From a virus (lineage: Duplodnaviria; Caudoviricetes), in IMG/VR virus record IMGVR_UViG_3300010362_000039, positions 1 through 43,272 of that record: a stretch of 43,272 nt of DNA; one strand, 5' to 3'. Position numbers and translations under genes: made by a program. The notes beneath the pieces were generated by a model that had not been told where the DNA came from, did not search any database, and saw only the letters and a program-made list of their open reading frames with translations. Below, one piece after another: positions 35,882 to 43,272 of this stretch. Positions within the stretch are counted from its first letter, which is position 1. Every line of letters begins with the position of its first letter.

Positions 35882-37039
35882 ATGCGTCAACTCTTCTTCA
35901 ACGTTTCCGGCAACTGCCGCGACGATCGTCCGTACCTGCAACCGTTCACCGAAGGCGCCGCACGGATTCCGCTCACGTTCCTCGAGGGCGCCACGCCGCC
36001 GAACCGCGCCATGGTCGACGTGCCGCCCGATGTCACCGGCGGCGCCGAAGTGTTCTATCAACTCGGGCGCAAAACGTTTCGCGTCATCCTGCCGCCCCTC
36101 GGCGAAGACGTCCAAGCCGAAGCCGGTCAACCGCCGCAGCTGCCGCCCGAGTACAACGATGACTCCTCGCTCGTGGTCCTCGCGTACGCCTGGACGTTAC
36201 CGCGGCCACGCTGGGATGGTGTGTACCTTCGGTTCGGCGATGGGCGCCGCTACGTCGCGCGGCACATCACCGGATTCTGCGATTACAAACTCTGGCTCGA
36301 TGGCGGCAAGGACGCGCTCGGGCCGATCCTCCGCCAGTCCCAAGACCTCGACGTGCGCGGCCGGCGCGTGCTGCCGCACATCGTCAACATCACCAATTTC
36401 AACCCGGACGATTACGGCGAACGCTACTGGCAAGAGCTATTGCCGTACCTCGCCTTCAATCTTCAGTACGAGCAGGAAGTCGATTTCGCGGTCCTGAGCG
36501 ATACGCAGTACCGCGGCTGGCCGCTCGGCAAGTGCCAAGATTTTTGGAATCGGTTCTGCGCGACGGTCCTGAATCAATGCTGGCTCTCGCTGACGAACGA
36601 ATTTGATCACGGCGGAAACCTCGTCGGCACCCCGAACGATTACAACCGCCCGAACGATCCGCTCGTCTCGCAAGGGTCCGCCGTGAGCGATGCCCCGCCG
36701 CCGCGGCCGGGCTGGGGCTCGCGCGAGTTCCACGTCCAGAAGCCGTGGCCGAAGAACGGACTCACCGAGGACATGTACTTCAACCGCCTCGGTGTGGATG
36801 CCGACGGCAAACGCTGGGGCCCGGTCCTCCCGACACGGCTCACCGAGGTGTGCCGGTTCAGTGAAGATGCCGCGACGTACTCGCCCTGGCTGGCCAACTG
36901 CCTCGCGTATCAATCGATCGCGTACGGGGACGGGATGACGTTCCACTGCGAGGACGGGAAGTACTCGCGGTTGCTCGGAGCGAACCAAGCGGGGTGCTGC
37001 CAGGCGGCCATGCGATCCCTCGCCCGGGCGGAGTTCTGA
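35882..37039 (+). CDS. Putative TIM-barrel glycoside-hydrolase-like protein
   Basis: GGAGG RBS; LSLTNEF, LTE and TFH motifs reminiscent of clan GH-A; function uncertain. Confidence 0.45.
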   Translation: MRQLFFNVSGNCRDDRPYLQPFTEGAARIPLTFLEGATPPNRAMVDVPPDVTGGAEVFYQLGRKTFRVILPPLGEDVQAEAGQPPQLPPEYNDDSSLVVLAYAWTLPRPRWDGVYLRFGDGRRYVARHITGFCDYKLWLDGGKDALGPILRQSQDLDVRGRRVLPHIVNITNFNPDDYGERYWQELLPYLAFNLQYEQEVDFAVLSDTQYRGWPLGKCQDFWNRFCATVLNQCWLSLTNEFDHGGNLVGTPNDYNRPNDPLVSQGSAVSDAPPPRPGWGSREFHVQKPWPKNGLTEDMYFNRLGVDADGKRWGPVLPTRLTEVCRFSEDAATYSPWLANCLAYQSIAYGDGMTFHCEDGKYSRLLGANQAGCCQAAMRSLARAEF

Positions 37040-37163
37040 AGGTTCCGCTCCTGGCGTGCCAGGACCCGCCAGGAACCGCGAACCCGGAGGCGGACGGGGA
37101 ACCGATCGTGGTTCCCCCTCGCGGTTCCTAGGCGTTTCTGGGAGTTCCGGAGAACTCGATTTG

Positions 37164-37399
37164 AATGGTTACCTTTTCGGTTACCGGTTACCTGCCAGGG
37201 AGGGAGATCCGGGCGGAAACCTTCAAATTTGTTAAGGATTTTGGAGGCGCCGCCCGGATTTGAACCGGGGGTGGAGGTTTTGCAGAACTTTGGACGGCCT
37301 TTTTTCAGGCCTGTTTTTGCGTTTTTCCTAAGGATTTCTCATCCCGTGTCATCCCGAAACATCCCGTTTTTGCCCTCAATGGTTACCTTTTCGGTTACC
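37164..37399. other. attP with integrase arm-type repeats
   Basis: 22-bp direct repeat AATGGTTACCTTTTCGGTTACC at 37164-37185 and 37378-37399 flanks the core; extra GGTTACC at 37186; CATCCCG x3 at 10-bp period (37340, 37350, 37360). Confidence 0.85.
37242..37286 (-). tRNA. 3' half of tRNA-Cys(GCA), att core (not a complete tRNA)
   Basis: Minus strand TCTGCAAAACCTCCACCCCCGGTTCAAATCCGGGCGGCGCCTCCA: anticodon loop, T arm and CCA; the 5' half is absent. Confidence 0.85.
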
Positions 37400-37597
37400 T
37401 CGCCCCAGGCGCTGGAGTGCCTCCTCCCGCGAGGAGGTCGCCAGGACCACCTCCACCTTGCCCCGGCCGGCATCCGCCCACACGCCGTATCGAGGGAGTG
37501 TGAACCCGGGTCCGCCGTCCGTCCGTTCCACCGCGAGATCCGCGCCGAGGTCCGTCACGAAGCCGGCCGCCGTGTGTTGAATGATCGTGATGCTCAT
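37376..37597 (-). CDS. Hypothetical protein
   Basis: ATG overlaps the integrase stop; the 3' end runs into the attP arm site. Confidence 0.45.
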   Translation of the reverse strand: MSITIIQHTAAGFVTDLGADLAVERTDGGPGFTLPRYGVWADAGRGKVEVVLATSSREEALQRLGRGNRKGNH

Positions 37598-38733
37598 TTC
37601 GTCGTGCCCTTCTTCGCCCGTTCCTGGGCCCCGTCGTACCGGGTGATGGCATCGGAGAGATCGCCCGGGCTCACGATGTCGTAGCGCTTGAACACCTCGT
37701 CGGTCAGGTGCCCGGTCAACTTCTTCGCCACGCTCTGGGGCACCCCGGCGCGCACGAGGTTCCGGCACGCCGTCCGCCGGAAGTCGTGCGGGATGCGTTT
37801 GATGCCGGCCGCCTCGCACGCCTTCCGCCACGTCTTCTCGAACCGCTTGATCCGCCGCGGGGTCTTCGGTCCGCCGCGCCCCTTCGCCACCTCTCGGACA
37901 AACACCGCGGGGCAGAGCGTGCCCGCTTTGACCCACTCGTCATGCCGGTCCTTGAGGGTCTGGAGCACCCGGTAGAGTTCGGTCGTGAACGGGAACGTCC
38001 GCCCCTCGCCGTTCTTCGTTTCACCCGGTTCGAGTCGCACCTCACACGCCTCGAAGTCCACGTTCCGCCAGTCCCGCGTGAGCACTTCGCTATCAATCCG
38101 CCAGCCCGTGATGTACGCGAACTCGATGACCGGTTTCAGGAAGTCGGGCAGCTGCGCCATCACGGCATCAAACTGGTCCCGCTCGAAGAATCCTTTGCGC
38201 ACGTTGTGCTCCTCGAGTTCGGCAATGTACGGCGCGTAGAGGAGTTTGCCGTTCTCGAGCGCCAAGTTGAATGCCCGCCGCAGGATGGAGAGTTCCCGAT
38301 TGATCTGCCCGTTCGAGGGCTTCCGGGATTTCCGATCCTTCCCTGTGCCCGTCACGATCGGTTGCGCCTTCCGCCACTTGATGTAGTCGAGAATGTCGGC
38401 CTTCGAGATCGTCGCCATCCGCCGCCCGCCGAAAAACTTGAGGAGGTGGAGATCGATCCTCCGTTGCGCATCGTCGATGCTGTCGTACTTGTTCAACTCG
38501 TAATCGGTGATCACGTCGGCCAGGGCTTCATCCACGCGCAACTTACCGATCTTCGCCGTGACCGGCACGCCCTGGTCGATGTCGCTCTCCTTCTTCCGCA
38601 TGATCTTTTTCGCTTCGGTTCTGTTCTTAGTACGGCTGCTCTCGAAGATCGCTCGCCCGTTCCGGTAGTACTTCATCATCACCGGTCCGATCGGGTTCCC
38701 GTTCTTGTCTTTTTTCTGATAGAGGTGTCCCAT
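37594..38733 (-). CDS. int: Tyrosine integrase
   Basis: TGWRIDSEV, TKNG, HDFRRT, LTGH, KRY catalytic residues. Confidence 0.95.
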   Translation of the reverse strand: MGHLYQKKDKNGNPIGPVMMKYYRNGRAIFESSRTKNRTEAKKIMRKKESDIDQGVPVTAKIGKLRVDEALADVITDYELNKYDSIDDAQRRIDLHLLKFFGGRRMATISKADILDYIKWRKAQPIVTGTGKDRKSRKPSNGQINRELSILRRAFNLALENGKLLYAPYIAELEEHNVRKGFFERDQFDAVMAQLPDFLKPVIEFAYITGWRIDSEVLTRDWRNVDFEACEVRLEPGETKNGEGRTFPFTTELYRVLQTLKDRHDEWVKAGTLCPAVFVREVAKGRGGPKTPRRIKRFEKTWRKACEAAGIKRIPHDFRRTACRNLVRAGVPQSVAKKLTGHLTDEVFKRYDIVSPGDLSDAITRYDGAQERAKKGTTK

Positions 38734-38757
38734 TGTTCTCGCCCTTCTGTTAGTTGG

Positions 38758-39102
38758 TTAGTCGTTCGGTCCCGTGATGCGCTGCCCCGGATAATCCTCA
38801 ACGAGTCGCATCCGTTCATAGGTGGCGAACGCCTGGAGGATTTCATCGCGGATGCCGTTCTGAGCGTCCGGATCTTCGATCGGTCGGAGGAGGGCGAACG
38901 ATCGCCGCTCCCCGTTCACGGAATACTGCCGTGCGGGGAAGGTCACATTGCGCCCGCTGTGCCCGCTGCGCCGCTCCCAAATCGCGAACCCGATCAACTT
39001 GAGGCCGACGAGGGGTCCGTCCCCGAAGTGCAACTCGATGTCCGCCAATTTGCCGGGAGGAGTCCCTTGATCGTTCGGGAGGACTTTGATGGTGTAGGTC
39101 AT
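38758..39102 (-). CDS. SpoVG-like nucleic-acid-binding protein
   Basis: KLADIELHF...LKLIGFAIWE...NVTFPARQY...IRDEILQAF. Confidence 0.5.
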   Translation of the reverse strand: MTYTIKVLPNDQGTPPGKLADIELHFGDGPLVGLKLIGFAIWERRSGHSGRNVTFPARQYSVNGERRSFALLRPIEDPDAQNGIRDEILQAFATYERMRLVEDYPGQRITGPND

Positions 39103-39371
39103 CGGGCACCGCCGATCACGAGGCGCGCGAGTTCCACCGCGAGCCGATGAAACTCGGCCCGATGATGAAAACCGTCTCCCTCCTCCACGACCCAGCCCGC
39201 GCCCGTCCCGTGGAGGTCGAGGATCTGTCGGGCGATCGCCTGCTGCGCCGTCGGGCGTCCGCCCTTTGCCCCGTTGAGCCGCGAGGCCTTCGCCTTCGCC
39301 GCGCTCTTCACTTGTCCGCCCTGGCGCCCGATCTTCACCATCGCCCGACTCTTTCGTGGTCGTGTGGCCAT
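39099..39371 (-). CDS. Small basic DNA-binding-like protein
   Basis: GRQGG...KAKASRLNGAKGGRP motif; AAAGGA RBS. Confidence 0.6.
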   Translation of the reverse strand: MATRPRKSRAMVKIGRQGGQVKSAAKAKASRLNGAKGGRPTAQQAIARQILDLHGTGAGWVVEEGDGFHHRAEFHRLAVELARLVIGGAR

Positions 39372-39415
39372 CTCGCCGATCCTTTCGAATGTGCTGAACG
39401 TTCCGTCATTCATGG

Positions 39416-39748
39416 TTAGTACTCCCGCGCAAGCATGATGGTGAGGACGCGATAGCACTGGAGCCCATTCTCCGCGCCGTATTCGCAGTCCGCGTTTTCG
39501 AAGTAGTCGAATTTGAAGAACACGTCCTCCACACCCGCACACCGCACCCGACCCATGTCGTGTTCACCGTACGGATCGTTGTCGGAGGTGAAGGTGTTGA
39601 AGGTGGCAACGCCCCGGAGGATCTGTGCCACCGTATCGCCGGGCAACGAGGCGACCCCGCGAGTCATCACGGTTCGCCCGTGCACCTCGGATCGGAAGCC
39701 GAGGGTCAGGCGGAAAGCATCATTGAGGGCGGCGATCTCTCGCTTCAT
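39416..39748 (-). CDS. DUF3768-family protein
   Basis: IAALNDAFR...FTSDNDPYGEHDMG...FKFDY...RVLTIMLAREY. Confidence 0.8.
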   Translation of the reverse strand: MKREIAALNDAFRLTLGFRSEVHGRTVMTRGVASLPGDTVAQILRGVATFNTFTSDNDPYGEHDMGRVRCAGVEDVFFKFDYFENADCEYGAENGLQCYRVLTIMLAREY

Positions 39749-40023
39749 CGCCGCACCGCCTTCCGGTGCTTGGCGTTCACGGCATCGAGGCGTGCTTGCC
39801 CTTCCGGTGTTCTGAGGTGGCTGATGTGGCAGTGTTCGCCGTTCGCCATCGTCACGGTGTCGCCGTCGATCGCCGTGATGGTGGTCGGCCCGAGGAACAG
39901 CTTGTAGCCGAGGCACGCATCACCGATCGCCCACTCGGTTTTGCCGGCCGCGTTCCGCGCCAGGAGGTACTCCATGTCCTGGGCCGTGGTCGTGCGATGG
40001 AGGCGTACGCGTTTGGTTTTCAT
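39745..40023 (-). CDS. Hypothetical protein
   Basis: ATGA-coupled in the leftward operon. Confidence 0.55.
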   Translation of the reverse strand: MKTKRVRLHRTTTAQDMEYLLARNAAGKTEWAIGDACLGYKLFLGPTTITAIDGDTVTMANGEHCHISHLRTPEGQARLDAVNAKHRKAVRR

Positions 40024-40334
40024 CGGTACACCGCCAGGCGGAGCGCCGCTCCGAGATTGGAGAACGCGAGGCGGACGAGTTCGTTGCGTCGGGAGGTTTC
40101 GAACTCGGGCAGGAGGACGGGAGTCGTGCCGAGGTGTTCGAGTTCTTCGGCCAGGGCGCCCGCCTCCTCGAAGGTGAGTTCCACGGCAATGCGCCCCTTC
40201 CATGTTCCGAGGGTCATGCCGTCGAGGAGTTTCGCCTTCGCCGTGTCGAGGACGTCCCCGTCCATTGTTTCGGTGAACATCGCCCGAAGTGCGTGGCTCG
40301 AGGCAAGTCCGAGCTGGTGTCTGAAGGTGATCAT
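40020..40334 (-). CDS. Hypothetical protein
   Basis: Coupled ORF with normal composition. Confidence 0.55.
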   Translation of the reverse strand: MITFRHQLGLASSHALRAMFTETMDGDVLDTAKAKLLDGMTLGTWKGRIAVELTFEEAGALAEELEHLGTTPVLLPEFETSRRNELVRLAFSNLGAALRLAVYR

Positions 40335-40336
40335 GA

Positions 40337-40678
40337 TTACCAGCCCGCCTTGAGTTCGAGGGCTCGCTGGAGTTGCTCTGCCTTCGTCACCCGCTCCTGG
40401 CGCGAGGCCTTGTTCGGTTCCTCGTCGCCCATCTCGTGGAGATCGTCGTGCTCGTTGCCGATCCACATCTCGAGGGCGTTGATGAGGATCTCGAAGTCGT
40501 CCGGTTTCAATTCGAGGACCACCTCGAAACTCGTGAAGAATCGGCCCGCGAAGGTGGATTGCACCTGCACATCCACGAGTTGCGAGGGCGCGAGGTCCTT
40601 GAGTGCCTTGAGATCCCGTGCCTGCATCCACCGCTCTTGGAACTCGGCCACCGTCATTCGCTGAACTTGAGTGCTCAT
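40337..40678 (-). CDS. Hypothetical acidic protein
   Basis: AGGAG upstream; first gene after the operator-like palindrome. Confidence 0.6.
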   Translation of the reverse strand: MSTQVQRMTVAEFQERWMQARDLKALKDLAPSQLVDVQVQSTFAGRFFTSFEVVLELKPDDFEILINALEMWIGNEHDDLHEMGDEEPNKASRQERVTKAEQLQRALELKAGW

Positions 40679-40739
40679 TCCGTTTCCGTCTCCTGTTCTC
40701 CGTGGCTCAGAACATCCGAACCACTCCCCAAAGTATACC

Positions 40740-40763
40740 GCTAACCTAAGCAGTTAGGTTAGC
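40740..40763. promoter_or_regulatory. Operator-like palindrome GCTAACCTAA-GCAG-TTAGGTTAGC
   Basis: Perfect 10-bp arms in an intergenic region next to a minus-strand TATACT. Confidence 0.6.
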
Positions 40764-40783
40764 AGGCAAACATGGTGAAAACA

Positions 40784-40936
40784 TTAGACTTTTACGGTGT
40801 TTTTGGCCTTAGGTTTCGTCTTTCTTGGGGTGGATACTCTCGCTAACCTGCCGGCAGATTTCCTGGTGTCCGCGCGGAAGCCGCGACGGAGCGCCTCGCG
40901 TTTCACGTCCTCGATCGCTTCCTCGAGCGTTTTCAT
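40784..40936 (-). CDS. Small basic protein
   Basis: ATG overlaps the upstream stop; MKTLEEAIEDVKREALRRG. Confidence 0.4.
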   Translation of the reverse strand: MKTLEEAIEDVKREALRRGFRADTRKSAGRLARVSTPRKTKPKAKNTVKV

Positions 40937-41211
40937 GACTCGATCGGGAGCGGCACGATGTCGGCACACTGCATACACACCTTCGGCGCCGACACCCGGC
41001 GCTGTGGATTGAAGACGATCACGGCGCGGCACTCCGAGCAGCTACCGAGCGCACCGCCGGCGGGCGCCTGGCCGTTCGGATAATCGGCGAGCCGGCGGCA
41101 GACCCACGCATCAGGCGCGCGGAGATCCGGCGGTGCGGGGACGAGCGGGCCGTTCTCCGTGATGCGGCCGTACCACTTGCCGCCCTGAATGAGCGTCGGT
41201 TTTTTCTTCAC
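40933..41211 (-). CDS. Hypothetical zinc-binding protein
   Basis: CSEC...CMQC; start uncertain (41211 or 41247). Confidence 0.55.
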   Translation of the reverse strand: MKKKPTLIQGGKWYGRITENGPLVPAPPDLRAPDAWVCRRLADYPNGQAPAGGALGSCSECRAVIVFNPQRRVSAPKVCMQCADIVPLPIES

Positions 41212-41420
41212 GTCCGCGGACTCACGGGTTCTTCCGAACCAGCCCACGTCGGCATCTCTCGATCATTCTCTTCGGCGAGAACGCGATTGATGCTTTGCCA
41301 GCCAGGGCAATCAGGCGCACCACACCGGCAGGGTCGTACGATTCGGCCCATCGCGCGAAGGACTTCCACGGTTATGCCTGAACGCTCCGCGTACCCACGT
41401 TCAAACTCCTCACGAGTCAC
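41208..41420 (-). CDS. Hypothetical protein
   Basis: TREEFERGYAERSG...PCRCGAPDCPGW. Confidence 0.6.
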   Translation of the reverse strand: MTREEFERGYAERSGITVEVLRAMGRIVRPCRCGAPDCPGWQSINRVLAEENDREMPTWAGSEEPVSPRT

Positions 41421-41806
41421 GTCCGCGGGTCCTCATTCGGCGATGGTGACGCCGCCGCATCTTCTGTCTTGGACCGGTACTGGCGTTCTTCTAAGCGAGG
41501 CATGGCGGCCTGGATCACGATCGTGAAGGCACGCGCGAGTTTCGGGTCTTTCACCATCGCCTCGATCATGATGTCCCAGGCACGGCGCACTCGCGGCGGC
41601 AACTTGCGATGGTTAAGCAGATATTCTTCCTGCTCTCGTGTGAGCGGGGGGTGTTCTTTTCCTCGTTTCTTTTGAGCCACGGGAATCTCCGCCAGCAATT
41701 CATCGAGGGCCGTCAATGCGGCCTCGCGGTCGGATGTGGAGGTGAGGGCGGTTTGGATTGCCCTCCCTCGGCGGACGAACTCCTCGGGCGTTAGCTGCTT
41801 CTTCAT
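41417..41806 (-). CDS. Hypothetical protein
   Basis: Coupled ORF, GAGG RBS. Confidence 0.55.
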   Translation of the reverse strand: MKKQLTPEEFVRRGRAIQTALTSTSDREAALTALDELLAEIPVAQKKRGKEHPPLTREQEEYLLNHRKLPPRVRRAWDIMIEAMVKDPKLARAFTIVIQAAMPRLEERQYRSKTEDAAASPSPNEDPRT

Positions 41807-41997
41807 TCCTCACCTTCCCGATCGGCATTCGTCACGAGCGCGAGGAGTTCCTCGGGCCGTGTTTCGGTTTGCCGTATGACGTCCACATAGAGATCCATTC
41901 GTAGCGGGCCGACCATCGACATTGAGATGAGGTCGAGGAGCGCCATCCGCTGCGACGGCGTGAGGAGGATCACGTAGGGACGTTCCGGTTCATTCAT
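41803..41997 (-). CDS. Hypothetical protein
   Basis: GGAG RBS; coupled to the downstream gene. Confidence 0.55.
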   Translation of the reverse strand: MNEPERPYVILLTPSQRMALLDLISMSMVGPLRMDLYVDVIRQTETRPEELLALVTNADREGEE

Positions 41998-42015
41998 GAC
42001 GGGGACTCCGTGGAT

Positions 42016-42117
42016 TTACTTGCGGCTACGGGCAACGATGCCCCCGAGCAGGAACCCGAAGGCAAAGCACGAGAACCCAAACACCAACAGCGAAAAGATT
42101 GCATCGAGAACGTCCAT
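42016..42117 (-). CDS. Small membrane peptide (33 aa, not in ORF track)
   Basis: MDVLDAIFSLLVFGFSCFAFGFLLGGIVARSRK; TGATG coupling. Confidence 0.45.
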   Translation of the reverse strand: MDVLDAIFSLLVFGFSCFAFGFLLGGIVARSRK

Positions 42118-42338
42118 CACAGCGTGTTCGCCGTCCTAATCAACTCGAAGACTACTTCCGCTAGGGCCATCTCACTGATCAGCCGCTGCGCGGCCACCCG
42201 ACAGCATGGCGCCATCCACAGCGCGGACAAGGCACGCTGTTGCGCGCCCTCGTCCAGATACTTCGAAACGACATCGAGCAAGAACTGCCGCTGCGGACCG
42301 TTGAGGGCCACGAGGTACGTGAATCCGCCGACCGTCAT
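42117..42338 (-). CDS. Hypothetical protein
   Basis: ATGA-coupled. Confidence 0.5.
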   Translation of the reverse strand: MTVGGFTYLVALNGPQRQFLLDVVSKYLDEGAQQRALSALWMAPCCRVAAQRLISEMALAEVVFELIRTANTL

Positions 42339-42736
42339 TGCACAAACGCTTTCGCGGTTCGCACATAGCCATCACCTTTCTTTTTGAGATAACCATGACG
42401 AATTGCCATACCGATGCCGAGGCGTCCGAGATTGCCGTCCGGCCGATGCGGTGTCTTTCGATCAAATTGCGCGAGGAGTTCCGCCGTCGCCTGGCGGCGT
42501 GCCTGCATCGCCGCTTTTTTCTGATCCTTCTTCTTCGTATAGCGTCGTTTGACTCGCGCCTGATCGACCGCGACCGCTGCGTCAATGATCGGCGCGTTCT
42601 CGGTGTGGTCCTGTTCACGCAGAAGATCGAGCGTCAAGCGGCACGCGTCCGCCTTCCGTTGATACTCGAGCATCATTTTTTCGATTTGCGCCCACGTCCG
42701 CCGTCCGCCGCTGTAGCCGTTCGTTGATGGTGCCAT
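42335..42736 (-). CDS. Hypothetical basic protein
   Basis: Coiled-coil N-terminus; basic, possibly winged-helix C-terminus. Confidence 0.55.
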   Translation of the reverse strand: MAPSTNGYSGGRRTWAQIEKMMLEYQRKADACRLTLDLLREQDHTENAPIIDAAVAVDQARVKRRYTKKKDQKKAAMQARRQATAELLAQFDRKTPHRPDGNLGRLGIGMAIRHGYLKKKGDGYVRTAKAFVQ

Positions 42737-43200
42737 TTACTCGCCCCCTGGGAATGACGCCGAACCGATCGCGACGTACCGCGCGTCGAACGGCGCGTCG
42801 AGTGGAGAACGTGATGTGCTTTCATCGTGGAGAAGGTGACGAACTCCCGCCGTGGCGATGGTGACGCGCGATGGGTCGTGACCCACGTTTCGAGCGGGTG
42901 ATCGCCGCCCAACTTCTTCGCCTCAAACGCCGCCCCGAGCACGGCCAGGGAGATCGCGCCGAGATGCGGCACGGCCAGGTCGCGCGGATCAATCCGCTCG
43001 AAGACGTCGCGGGTGTCGCGCACGGCGAACTCCGCCAGGATGCGCGAGAGATTTTGTGCCGCCCCAAAATTGAAACACTCGAGTGCGGAGAGGTCCGCCC
43101 GGGTGAACGCGTCCCGGCCGATGATCAAAACCGGGGCGGCGGCCCGATCCTGTAACTGCTGTGCGACGTGTCGCCCGAGTAAACGTGTCGAGAGGTACAC
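42673..43200 (-). CDS. Hypothetical protein; first leftward gene
   Basis: GGGGAGGA RBS before GTG. Confidence 0.6.
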   Translation of the reverse strand: MYLSTRLLGRHVAQQLQDRAAAPVLIIGRDAFTRADLSALECFNFGAAQNLSRILAEFAVRDTRDVFERIDPRDLAVPHLGAISLAVLGAAFEAKKLGGDHPLETWVTTHRASPSPRREFVTFSTMKAHHVLHSTRRSTRGTSRSVRRHSQGASKWHHQRTATAADGGRGRKSKK

Positions 43201-43272
43201 GTTTAGTTCCTCCCCTAAAAGGTGTAGTGAGTTGTATCAACTTGTAGCAGCGTGACGGTCTGGCGGCATGAC

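Larger units (their letters stand above)
1..43272. mobile_element. Temperate siphovirus genome, probably complete, in circular/excised form
   Basis: Terminase, portal, protease, HK97-type capsid, head-tail, tail tube, tape measure, integrase and internal intact attP are all present; no host genes; window ends fall between divergent operons. Confidence 0.92.

Noticed and set aside
37242-37286. Functional phage tRNA-Cys gene
   Set aside because: The D arm and 5' acceptor strand are missing; this is only the att core
37229-37684. 151-aa plus-strand ORF beginning LEAPPGFEPG
   Set aside because: Translation of the antisense tRNA fragment and attP; a common false ORF

Overview
This window looks like an essentially complete, GC-rich temperate siphovirus genome with an HK97-type capsid. 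It appears to be the excised/circular form, opened in the divergent control region: an intact attP (3' half of tRNA-Cys) sits internally next to a tyrosine integrase. The + strand carries early recombination/replication genes, an HNH nuclease, a 7-deazaguanine (preQ0) cluster (queD, queE, ParB-like, TGT/DpdA-like, queC, folE), and then packaging, head and tail genes. The - strand carries the integrase and small accessory genes. The top finding is a stand-alone Cas7/RAMP-like gene (2514-3254), a small accessory gene and a non-coding array (3526-4271). The array has 16 units of 5-nt NN-(B)TG repeats separated by CGNCGAG. Reading only the variable NN dinucleotides (reverse-complemented, skipping every third target base) gives codon positions 1-2 of conserved phage protein motifs. 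Two units match this phage's own major capsid gene at 19/22 positions each, both in codon frame, and another spells the TDPPYG methyltransferase motif. This points to an RNA-guided, wobble-blind anti-competitor system. A second candidate system is a tail protein ending in 37 His-x-Asp motifs, followed by a radical SAM/SPASM enzyme (with its own HxD tail) and a DUF483-like/methyltransferase fusion, suggesting RiPP-like modification of a virion protein. All family assignments come from motif recognition by eye; no searches were run.
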